Part shown: one piece after another, positions 39,600 through 51,815 of the stretch
How positions within the stretch are numbered: position 1 is the first letter of the stretch
Layout: every line of letters begins with the position of its first letter
Assembly (NCBI GenBank): GCA_964057225.1
Contig: OZ059899.1
Location: 6,448,001-6,512,000, forward strand
Direction of reading: 5' to 3'
Source of the DNA: Auanema rhodensis
Lineage: Eukaryota > Animalia > Nematoda
DNA: 64,000 nt
Made by a program: the position numbers and the translations under genes
The notes under the pieces: model-generated
Databases searched by the model: none
What the model was told of the DNA's origin: nothing
Seen by the model: the letters and a program-made list of their open reading frames with translations, nothing else

Positions 39600-42500
39600 A
39601 ATCTGGTGCCTCGGCGGAAACCACTTCCAACGAAAGTGAACGCCTAATGGAGAGTGATGATGAAGGAGGTAACATCCAGATTGACGTGCCACCAAGAGCC
39701 CGAATGGGAAGAAGGTAGTTTTTCTTCTGAAATATCGGAAAAGACAGAAACGTTTCTTTGTTCATGTCCTATATAGTCAAAAACAAATTAATAAGGTAAA
39801 ATAAGGGGATTTTGAAGTAGAGACAAAGACAAAAGATGAGCTCAGAATAGTTGTGATCAACTATGTCTAGCTAGATTTTTGTTTACCGTTTGCCAAACAT
39901 ATTGATCAATGTGTATATTTCTGACTTTTTCGAAGTTTTTTTGTTATGTCCTTCGATTTATTCAAACTCATATCGATGCTTCATTCATCATATTAACTAT
40001 ATATTTATGTTTTTTTTTGAAAATAAGGAAAGAAAATAATTTTAATTCAAAAACAATATTCAAAAATTTGTTTTTTTTTCGCTAGGAATGAGCAAAGCAA
40101 TCAGTTTAGTAATGGGTTATGAGTTATGTAAAAGGAAAAGTTTTGTCATGTTGTAGTTGAATGAACAACTGACTAATATCCTCCTCATACTTCAAATATC
40201 TTTTAAAATCGCATTTTTCTATATAAATAGCCACTAAATATTTTTTCTAACGGCTTTGTAGTAGCCAGACGATCAAGTGTCAAAAGGTTTACTAACTCTT
40301 TATAAGATAGGTTGGCGCAAACAAACTCATAAAATATGGTATTATTACCAATAAAACTAGAGACCGCATATCTATTCCGTAATATCTTTACTAAAGAAAA
40401 ACCAGCTCAAGCTCAACCTTTAGCACGGAGCATTGAGCAGGGAAAAAAGGGAGTAAACCAACATTTAACCATTATTATTTAGAATTATAGGCTTGATAGT
40501 TAGTCATTTTCTAAATCTACTAGATATATATGAATATTGAAGAGGTCATTTTGACAATTTAATCCGTCTCATAGTGACTCGAAGATGAGAATAGCTGATC
40601 TTCGTATTCTGCATTGTCGTTGTTGCCAAAGCATTCATAGCGATTAGTAGCAGAAAAACCGTCATATTTGAAACAGAAGACTAGTTTAGCAGTGAATATA
40701 TGATATGTCAACGTCATGTAATGTATGTATATCATAATGCTTACTATCTATGCTAACGATTTTCATTGTTCTCTGAAAGCAGATGAAAGCTTTTCTCCAG
40801 TATTACTAAATGCCTTATCTGATTTATATACATATGCATACGAAATGAAGAGAGAGTAGATGAATTAGGTGATGGGGCTAGTATTTGAAGACAAGTAGAT
40901 CGTAAGTCTCCTGAAAATGATATTTTTAAGAGAATGTTCTATTCTTCCCATGCATATGATGTCTTAGATGATCGATGATGGATTATATAAAAGCCTCAAT
41001 GAAGCGTCAAATATGATTTATGTTGTAGCAAATCTCTACCGTTCATGCACTTAAATTTTGACCTCAAATCAAGAAAAATGTATATTCACATATATTTAAA
41101 TATATTTAACTATATAAATACAAAAACACATATATGTATATTACAAATAAAATAAGTGATTATCACATATAGTTCATCTAATTCTGTTTCAGGTTTACGT
41201 TAAATCCATTAATTTTTGCCAAGGAAGAACGAGAAGCTAGACGCCAATCATTGGCTCAGTTAAAACTCAGCTATTATCCCAAGCATATGAATCGTTAGTT
41301 TTTTAGCTTTAAAGGTTTTTTAATTATCTAACTGTTTAAGCAGATTCATATGACGCTGGGCTGGGATTTTGCGGTTGGCTTTTCATGTTTATTTCCTGGA
41401 TTCTCGTTCTTTTATCATTTCCAATATCTATTATGTTTTGTATTAAAGTAAGTCATTTATATAATTTATATTTACATATTTTTTTGTTTTTAAAGGTAGT
41501 ACAAGAATATGAAAGAGCTGTCATATTCCGATTGGGACGTTTGATTGGTGGTGGAGCTCGAGGTCCTGGAATTTTCTTCGTATTACCATGCATAGAATCA
41601 TATACTAAAGTAGATTTACGTACTGTATCTTTTAGCGTACCACCACAAGAGGTAATAAAGAAAAGAATTTTGAATATTTTCTTATAATATATTTTAGATT
41701 CTAACCAAAGATTCAGTGACAACTTCTGTAGATGCTGTTGTTTATTACCGAGTTAGTAATGCTACTGTGAGCGTAGCCAATGTTGAAAATGCTCATCATT
41801 CAACAAGGTATTATTCAAATCTTGATTTTGTTAATTTGCAACATTATCTGTAGATTATTGGCTCAAACTACGTTGAGGAACATGTTGGGTACGAGAAATC
41901 TTTCAGAAATTTTATCTGACAGAGATGCCTTGGCTTGTTCAATGCAGGTGATTATAAAAAAATATTAAAAAAATTGTTTTTATCTTAATATTCACGTAAA
42001 TTTACCCTTTACCTTTAGACACTGTTAGATGAAGCTACCGAAAGCTGGGGAATTAAAGTAGAACGTGTCGAAATGTAAGATTTTGTTGCAATTTTCAGAG
42101 TTGTATTACATCACTTTCATAGCTTGCATTCTAAAACAAATTATTTCGTTTCAGTAAAGACGTGCGTCTTCCTGTTCAGCTTCAAAGAGCTATGGCTGCA
42201 GAAGCAGAAGCCACTAGAGAAGCTCGAGCTAAGGTTAGTGAGAACAACGAAATGAGCAAATTGCTTAATTTAGTTCTACATTCTATACTTCTTAACAAAT
42301 ATTCTAGGTGATTGCTGCCGAAGGAGAACAGAAAGCGTCTCGTTCTCTTAGGGATGCAGCTAATGTGATTGCTTCATCACCAGCAGCACTTCAGCTTCGT
42401 TATCTTCAAACATTAAATAGTGTAGCGTAAGTTATCTTTAGACCAATTTACTTAAAAAGAAATATAAACTTGCGTTTTCGTAAATTTTGTATTAATATGA

Positions 42501-42760
42501 ATGCAACCGATTGAGAACAATATATAAAATTGAATAGGTTTATTACTTACGTCAACCATTACAAGTCAAAACATATTTTTTATTCATTCTAATTAACAGA
42601 AAAAAACTTCAAAAGCTTTACTATAACATTGATTCATATAAAATATATACAAATATTTATAAAACTTTTTATAAAACTTCTTATTTTCAGAGCTGAAAAG
42701 AATTCCACAATTATATTTCCCTTACCTATGGAACTGATGCGACACTTCATTGATACTTAG
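39600..42760 (+). CDS. sto-2: Stomatin (SPFH/band 7) protein, shared core exons
   Basis: Exons from 39600-39714, 41193-41293 and 41341 onward give [136 protein letters not shown]. Best recalled match is C. elegans STO-2. Confidence 0.9.
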
Positions 42761-43485
42761 ATTTTATGGAGATTCATTTCATTATTTTTCTTTCATACGT
42801 CATCAATGGAATCGACGAAAAACGGGTTGAAAACAATTCTTTTGATGCATATTATATCTTTACAAAATATTTTTCATCAAAAACTTTAACACAAAAAAGA
42901 ATCTGTGAAGTTGTCGTTAAGCGTTAGTCGACAAACTCAGAACTTTCTGCTTTTCGAATAGTATTCATGAATAAAAATGCTTTTGGTCTATCTTGCCAAG
43001 CTATTCATATTTATAAAGAACTTGATTTTGTCTGAGATTTTTAATTTTTGTAAAGCTGTTAATAGCATGCAAGCGGTGATTATCAGCTGCCAAATGGATA
43101 AATATATTTATCAATTTATTCTTTTTGTATATTTTGAAAAATGAACAATATAAAGACAATAATAATTATTATTATATTAGTTATCAATAATAGAACATAT
43201 TATTTTTTTAATTCAATTGGTTGAAATAACGGAATTTGATAAATTAACCCGAGTTAATAGTGGAGAATACACATGAAAATAATATTTTTGAACAAAAAAA
43301 AATTAATCTTAGTACAATGTTATCATTATATAAAACAGATAAGTTATTAACAATTTAGTTGGAATTTATTTGTTTACATCAAAAAAGAAAAAAAGAAAGA
43401 TTAAGAGTACATTTATATATATATATATATCAAGTTAATAGAAAAAAATTTAATTGAAATATTATTAATGAATAATTAAAGCATT

Positions 43486-45448
43486 TTAAGATGAATCTGA
43501 ACTTGGAGGGGGAAATAGAGGCTCCGATACAGTATTTTCTTGATCACGATCACGATCACGGTCAAGACGTAAAGATAAAAGAAATTGATTATTCTCATCA
43601 GTGTTTCCAGTTACTATCATACTTCGATTTCTAATTAAAGCTTTAGTATGTATTTCTCCATCTGGAGATTTATATCCATCGTTGAAAGAAGAAGCTTGAA
43701 ATGACACATTACGACGAACCTAAAATAGAATTCTATGAATTTCTCTTTTCCTTTGTCCAAAACCTTAATGGTGCTTGGTTCTGGCGTCAACTTAGCACGA
43801 CTAAGTGAAGGGCTGGGCTTATGAACTGACCGAATATCATTTTCACTTCGATGTGATGCATAAGCTGAAATATTTTTATTTTTTTATAATTTAGAAAATA
43901 TTGTGTTTAAACTTACAATTTGCATCACGTCGACCACATAAAGCTTTTGTAACATGTGATCTATTGAAAAGAATATAAATCCATGGATTTACACATGAAT
44001 TCAAATTTCCCAATGTCATCACGTACAGATAAAAACTAGGAGCTAAAATAAGAGTTTTTTGATACAAATTTATTTATTTTCATAACAAAAACTAAAAACT
44101 TACTAAGCAGGGACGGCCACAAAGCAAGCATTACATTTACAACACAAAATGGCATCCAAAGGAAAAAATTACAAACTATGATTGTCATAGTCAGACGAAC
44201 TTAAATTTTTTTATAATTAGCTTTATTATAATATTTTTTTTCTAGTTATTCATACCTGTTTGAACCCTCTTGCGATCAAATTCATATGTCTGTCGTCGAA
44301 AGCCGTACGATTTTTTACGCAAATTCTCTATATAATCCTGAGTTACATCTCTAAAAAAACATTTATTTAGTTTAAACAAATATTTGGATAAAAAGCTTAC
44401 CCTTTTACAGGTTCTTTTTCTTCCATTGCAACTTTTGGAGCACGAGTACCTGACATCCAAACGGCTTTACACACCCGATAGTAGAAATATCCTAAAATTC
44501 ACATTGAACAGTTCCATTTTTTGAAATAAAACTAATGAAAAACCTGCAAAAATTGAAGGTAATAGCCATGCAATAGTGTTAAATACAATCACATAAATAT
44601 TTTTAATAATATTTTTTTCATGACCATATATAGTAGCACATTCTTCAATTTGATGTTCATTTCGTTGTCGTGTTCTATAATATTTAATTCATTTTACAAT
44701 TATTTTTTGTAAAAATATATTATTTATTTTTATGTTTATTTGTTTGTTTATATATTTGTTTTATTTTATTTATTTTATAAAATACTACAAACCTTTTTTC
44801 CCATATTATTAACTGTGGAATTGAGCAGATTATGGAGAGTATCCAGGCAATTGCAGCCAGGTAATTTGGTCTACGATAACGTGAAGCTCGGAAATTTGCC
44901 AATGGTCGACAAATTGCCTTAATCCGGATAGTTAAATTAATTTTTATATTTTTTATCTCAACATACCTGATAACGATCAGCGCTGATCGCAACCAATAGA
45001 AATGGACTTGCATAGTGAGGAAGCATTTGGCAATATCTCATAGCTTTACACATCCAATCTGAGCCATTGAATTGTGGATATGTTAGCTATAAATAAATAA
45101 TTTTATTGAATTTACAGATATTTTTGTTCAGATAAACCATCGTTAGTATTTCTGTTCCTAGAGAAAGAAGAGCGAACAACAGGTCTGCTACACACGTATG
45201 TATTAACAACAGCTGAAAATATATTTAGTAAGTTTTGAATAGAAAAAAATGTTTATTTGGTTAATGAACTGCCATAAAAATATTTTCTTAATCAAAAATG
45301 AAACAAAACTAACTTGAACTGGAGAAATACGTCGTCTACTGACATAATTTCCACGTAAAATGACAAAAAGTAAGAAAAGATTGCCCAATATGGCTAATGT
45401 CATTACAATAAATTGATGTAAAACCACAAAAAAAATATGTGATTGCAT
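43486..45448 (-). CDS. ntr-2: Nematocin (oxytocin/vasopressin-like) receptor, class A GPCR
   Basis: Spliced protein: LGNLFLLFVILRGN..RRISPVQLLLIHTCVADLLFALLSLGTEILT, YASPFLLVAISADRYQAICRPLA, RYRRPN, FNTIAWLLPS, EFDRKRVQTVRLT..CNFFLWMPFC, LGNLNSCVNPWIYILFNRSHV. These segments match recalled C. elegans NTR-2 rather than NTR-1. Confidence 0.9.
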
Positions 45449-48400
45449 GTTTTTGTGCTGAAATGGATACTGAAGTGATATAAAAACTTCAGGTAACTAT
45501 CTGAAAAAAGAAGAAATATTATTGATGATTATACTTTGTACAAGTTACAATTAATGCTTAAAAAATGCGAAAAACAAGAAATCTGCAGAAATATTTGTAA
45601 GAAAAAATAACAAAGATCCAATACATATACTATAACTTTATTCAGAAAAAGAAGCATTAGTATTGTCGTTCTTCAACCATCAATTAGTTATTTTTATAGT
45701 GAAAACATCTGCTTTTCGTTTTGGTCAATTCTATGAGGGGTAGGTATATTTCTAGTTTAATTATTTTATTTATTATAATTTAATCTTAAAAAATAAACAA
45801 ATTTAAACTATGTTAGGCTGTTATATCTTGATAAGTTCTTTGAATCATATTATTATTTTAGAATTGAGGTTCTTTATGTACAAAGAAAGAAGTTGGATGA
45901 ATAAATGGATATGATATTGAAATATGAAAAATTATCTGAAAACAGAAGATGAATGTCATGAAAAATATTCCAAAATAGGAGAAGATTCATGAAGATATTT
46001 ATAGTATCATGAAATAGGTGTTGACCCGTCATCCAGGCTGAATGGTGGCTATGATGCAACTTTAATGGTGAGGATGAGCTCTGAATGAAAATGTGGAAAT
46101 TTCATATTCATAAGGAATTGAGAAACCGACGATTGTCATCTCACTACAAGTCAAAAGATAAGATTCATGGAAAGATTCATAGATTCATAATGTAGTCTTA
46201 CACTTGACCTACGTTTAAAGTAGCAAATTCTTCATGCTATAGATGAAGTACAATCAGCAACAAGCTCAATAACAACCAGGATAATTAATGATAAGCGATT
46301 TATAACACAGCAGTTGGACAACAAGATATGAAGAAATGTAAAAATTAATTGGGAAAGCAAATTTGATGAGTAAAAGTATTACAATATTTCTTCAAAATAT
46401 ATGTTTAAACTACATAAAATAATTAGAAAAATATATCAAATAGTATACGATATAGTAAATTATGATTTTTTTATTTAAACTGATAAAGTCATCATGCTTA
46501 CATCTTTGACCAAATGAAATATCTAGTTGATGAATGAATGACAGTTGCCGCATACTTTAATCTTTAAACCTAATAATCGGATATTTGATAAAAGTGTTAT
46601 GCGGATATTAGAAACTAAAATGAGAATTGAAACACTTTTTGTTGATTTCTTATGATCATCAAAGCATTCAAAAGATGAAATATCTTTAAGGATTGTTATC
46701 CTCTACATGAACTTCATGTATTGACATCAAACGTCTTCAAAGAAGTTAAGCTTGTTAGTCTCAAGAATCAAAATCTCTTTATCTTCTCTCCTACGTAGAT
46801 ACAAGAGAAATAAAATATTTTGTAAAAGGCACAGATGAAAAACATACATCACGTAAAATGAAGTAGAGCTAGTCAAGTTACTATCAGAAAAGTTTATGTA
46901 AGGAAGGTCAGAGAGTACAAATGAATTTTTTAATGTTTGCTCATAAATTATAAATAGAACTTGGTCATTTATTTCAGTATATAGATCGTATTGTCCTTAT
47001 ATAACATCTAATCAGGATTTTACTCATTGACTCTCATCATCAACATTTTGAAAATGCATATCATTACGATTCGATATAATTAACGCAATATTTAAAATGT
47101 AAGAAAAATCAATTTTATTCTTTGAAGATCAAAGAAATTGAGTTATAAAATCTAAATATTCAGAAAATTTAAACATCTTCTTTCAATAAAGATCATAAAC
47201 TAGACAAGGTCAGTTATGCATCTATAAAAATACTTTTGAATAGAAAAAGTTGATAGAAATGAATAAATTTGAGTAAATAGCTCAATATAATTTTGTTATA
47301 ATGCTCTTTCATATGACAATATTAGCTATAACATTGAAGAATTAGAATTAAAAATTAGTATTGTCTAAGTCTTTCTCATCTTTTTCTCAAGTTTATTTTT
47401 AATTTGTGTTCTTTTAAACTTCTTTTTTAATTTTTTTGACATATAATGGAAGAACAGCTATTCCTAACAGCAACACAATAATGCCACAGGAGAGAAAATA
47501 ATAATAATAGAGAATGAAATATATAAAGAGGAAGAGGTATGAGAGAGAATGATTCTGAATAGTAGGGAATGAGAGAGAGAAGATCAGAGAAAAAAACACA
47601 GATATAGAGATGAAGATATCTGAAAACTCTTTCAGAATGGTGGAAAGAAAACTCAAAAAGAAGAAAAATCTCTAATGATGGCAAAACTTGTGTGAATGCG
47701 ATAGGCGGATCCTTCTTCATGATACCAATTACTCACCCTCAGGCTATTTCATTTTTACCCTGGTATCTAGAGTACCAACTCATCAAAATTTGCCAAAGGT
47801 ATCTGATGGATATGATTGAGAGAAGTTCATAAAATATTTTAAAAATATGAGAGAAAATGAAGAGAGAAATTTGAAATCTGAGAGTATGATTGACATTGTG
47901 GCCAGGACGTAAAAATTGTTTTTTATGATAACTCTTAAAGAAAATAAAACTTACCTTCTACCAAAAGTATACAAAACGAACAGAATTAGGATATCAATCA
48001 AATAAGATTTTAAAAAATTCATGGAAAGCGGCAAAAAAGGTAAAAATAGTATGAGATGAAAAAATAAGGCTGAATCAAAAAATAGAGATGAAATCGAACA
48101 TAACATTTTGATTTGTGTTGTACAATTTTAGAAACAACATGTAACTATATGAAAAAAACGAATTTATTGCTTTAACATTGGCAAAAAATTGAATTAAAAT
48201 GAATATTGAAGTTGAAGCTTTATTAAAATAAGCCATATATGATAATACTAAAAATGAAGAAAATCTTAGTTTAGTATGAAATTGATAACAACAAAAATAA
48301 TAAAAAAACTTTTCTTTAAACTATTACAATAGTTTAGAGATCAGATATATGAATGAAGTAGTATGTTTGCTGCTGTATGAATCAAACAGCTTTTAGTTTT

Positions 48401-49478
48401 TTTTTTCTAAGAAAAAAAGAAGATGAATAAAATAAAATATGAAGTATAATCAAACAATGATTTAACGATTTGTGGAAGAATTTTTTTGTGTGTGATGGAA
48501 CAAAAAAAATGAAAAAGAATTTCATTTAAACAATTAACGTAAACAAGTTATCTCTTTATTTATCCATTATGAAAAAAAACAAGTCTACTCTTATTTGGAT
48601 GAACATACTTATATATTATATATATATATATCTTTATATATCTTTATGTATATATATAAGTTTAACTACTATAAATTATATAAATATATTTAAATAATTA
48701 TATTAAAATATATGTATGTAAGAATATAAGAATATAATAATCTTATATATTTATATATCTATATGTATAGTTATTTAAATATTAAATATTAAATATAGCT
48801 AATATAAGAAATGTATTGAAATATTTATCTTCTATCTCGTTTAGCCTTTCATACTATGCTACTTTTGAAACTCTTTTTAACTTTTTTATTAGAGCTTTAA
48901 ATGAATTTGAACGATAGAAGAAAGTGTCTAAACTCAATTGATGTTCGGTGCAAGATGTTTTATTCAATTTATATATTTTTATAAGAATAAATATTATAAA
49001 TTTTTGTGAAAATACTATGTATATTCTGATAGTATAGTGTTCGTTGTGCAAGATGATATCCTGTTAGTTATGTCAGCCAATTACTTAAATATAATCTCAA
49101 ATTTCGTCAATAATAATATTGAATAAAACTTATTAAGATACAATCTTTTTAATTGATATTCGTTAAAATTAGAGAACCTGAATTTAAAAAAAAAATTAAA
49201 ATGGCAAGATGGAATCTCAAATCTCGAACGAGTTAGTTACAATATCATTTACAGAAGAAAGGATACGAAACTGATCTCAACTTTTTCGTTTTAACTTTAA
49301 AAGTAAAAACAATTAACTTTTTTTAAATATAATATAAACAAAAGTAAGTATTATGTATATACATATATTATAAATAGAAAAAAATAATACGCAACACCAC
49401 AAGGAAAATTTGTATGAGATAAGTAATATTATATAATTATTAATAAATATATTAGTATATATATATATATATATATAT

Positions 49479-49548
49479 AAAGTTTTTCTTGAGTCTTATA
49501 AATATATATATATATATATATATATTTATAAGACTCAAGAAAAACTTT
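49479..49548. repeat. 70-bp perfect palindrome with (TA)n core
   Basis: AAAGTTTTTCTTGAGTCTTATAAA-(TA)11-TTTATAAGACTCAAGAAAAACTTT is its own reverse complement. Confidence 0.93.
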
Positions 49549-51681
49549 TCTAAAATTTACTTTAAAATAGGAAAGAGTAAACTCGGAAAAGTGAACTTAC
49601 AAATCATGGTTTATTGAGTGAGTGCTTGTATTAAACTATATGATGTTGTCTTTGTCAAGATAATATCGTAAAGAGAATTCTTAGAATTTTTTTGAAATTT
49701 TTGAAGAAAAAACATGTAGAATCGTAGAAGGGTATCAAAAGGACGTGAATGAGTAGTGAATCGAAAAACAAAAGAACTTAGCATTCAATGTGCAACGAAA
49801 TGCTTCCCCCTCGTAATCTTCTATTTCCATGTATAAGTATGTATCTTTGAAAGCATCAAAAGAAGAAGTTCGATATGAAATGTTTAATTTCAGTTAATTC
49901 TCAAAAAAATTTGTTTGTAATTGCACATGTTTCTATGTAAAATCAAATATAAACTATTACATATTGGAAAAGAAGTTCCATTAAAATTGATGGTGAGGTT
50001 GAGCAATTTCAAGTAGGGCTTACAAAGTATTTCTTTGCTCCATTGTATTTCAGAGAAGTTGAGTACATAATGCATATATTTTTTATGCATTTTGTACTTT
50101 TTAATGACTAATAATTAAATTAATATAATGAATAACGAATGAATTGTTGATATTGAAAATGAGATATTGAAAAGAATGTTCACACTATGTACATACATAT
50201 GTATATATAAATATATTTATATATATATAATACATCATTATACATATGCTTTTCTCATCTATTTTTATGTTTTTTTAAGAAATATTTGCTATTTACGAAG
50301 GAAAATTGGCTTTACTCAATAGCAGAAGAGTTCGCTTAACTCTCGGCACAGAATCTACGCATTCATGATTCTAATACATGTAATGTACGAAAGAAAGTAA
50401 AACAGTGTGAAATTTTATGAATGAATACACATATACATAGACATGTTTATCTATTCTTAGAAAAAAATGAAAATAAAATGAGGTAAGATCATTTCTTAGC
50501 ATTCGTTGCGTTCTCGTCCTCATCTTTGAACTGACTCGTCTTACTTAAGGTCAATGACTAATTACAGATCTAAAACCCATATTTGGCTTTTCAGATGAAT
50601 GGTTACATTGCTTAACTTCGTATATAAACAAGAATTTGTTTTAAATTATTAAGATTATGAATTATATTGTTTAAATAATGAACTTTAAACATTATAGGTT
50701 AAATCTTTTTTCAGAAATGTTTATAGGTTATGGAAAGCAGCTCATTATCAATCACAAAACAATGCTCAGTTGAATAGTACTTATTCAACTCATATACTCA
50801 CTCAGATTCTGCTGGTAAAATAAAGTTTTCTTAAATCATTGAAAGAAATTCAACAAGTTTTGAGAATAAAATGAAATCGCTAAAAATGAATTTTGAATAA
50901 ATAATGAATCTTTCATCTATTAGGATTCTATATATATTAATAACCTGCCTAAGGCCATTTATACATGGATAACTATTTGTCTAATTTACAGATTATTGCT
51001 TTGAAATCAGGTCGAAGTTTATTAAAAATTGAATGGAGTAACAATGATGAAGTTTATAATTATCATCACGGACGAGTCTCCGTCTAAATCATCGTCATCC
51101 ATTTCAGAATTTCATTTCCCAGTTCTTCCCCGAAAAATGAGGGCGTCGGGTATGATAGAAATGAAATACTGACAACCTATTATCCTAACTAAATCGAACT
51201 AGAATCTTGGCAACAAAAAAAACTTTTTTAAATTTGTAAAATGAAGCAGTTGAAAATACATTCTCTGAAAGAAAAAAAGGAAGAGTTCGAAATTCGTATT
51301 GAATTACAGCTTTGTATAAGATGTAGTCATTCAAGTACTCTTACTTGTTTTATTAGAAATATTGTGCATACTGTTATAAATATATTCATATTGAAGAGTT
51401 TTTAGCAGAAAGTTTCAGAACATAAAATTTAAAAAGCAAGATACATTTTGAGAATTCTAGGAAAATTTCCATTCCGATTAAAACTTCATAGTGTTTGCAG
51501 ATGACGCAATATATGAAGTTCAAGCACACATCTTCATAGCATCGAAAAAACATTCAAAAAAAGTTTCAGAGATATTGAAATCTCTATCAATTGTTTAAAA
51601 GTTATCTATTAAAGATAGCTAGCTAAGTAATTATAATGATTCGAATATTGAAGTGAAATGAAAAATGGTTAATAGAAAATT

Positions 51682-51815
51682 TGATGATGAGGATGATGAT
51701 CATGATGATGATGAGAATGATGATGAAAATGATGATGATGATGATGATGATGAGGATGATGATGATGAAGTCTATGCTGCTGTTGCTACTATTAGTGGTG
51801 GTCGTGATGATGATG
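51682..51815 (+). repeat. Imperfect (GAT)n microsatellite
   Basis: GAT run that produces the spurious poly-Ile ORF 51623-51889. Confidence 0.9.

Noticed and set aside
47730-48022. Minus-strand signal-peptide-like exon MNFLKSYLIDILILFVLYTFGR with GTAAGT donor
   Set aside because: Phase 2 does not fit the ntr-2 acceptor, and nearby acceptors lead quickly to stops. It could be a UTR exon, but I cannot support that.
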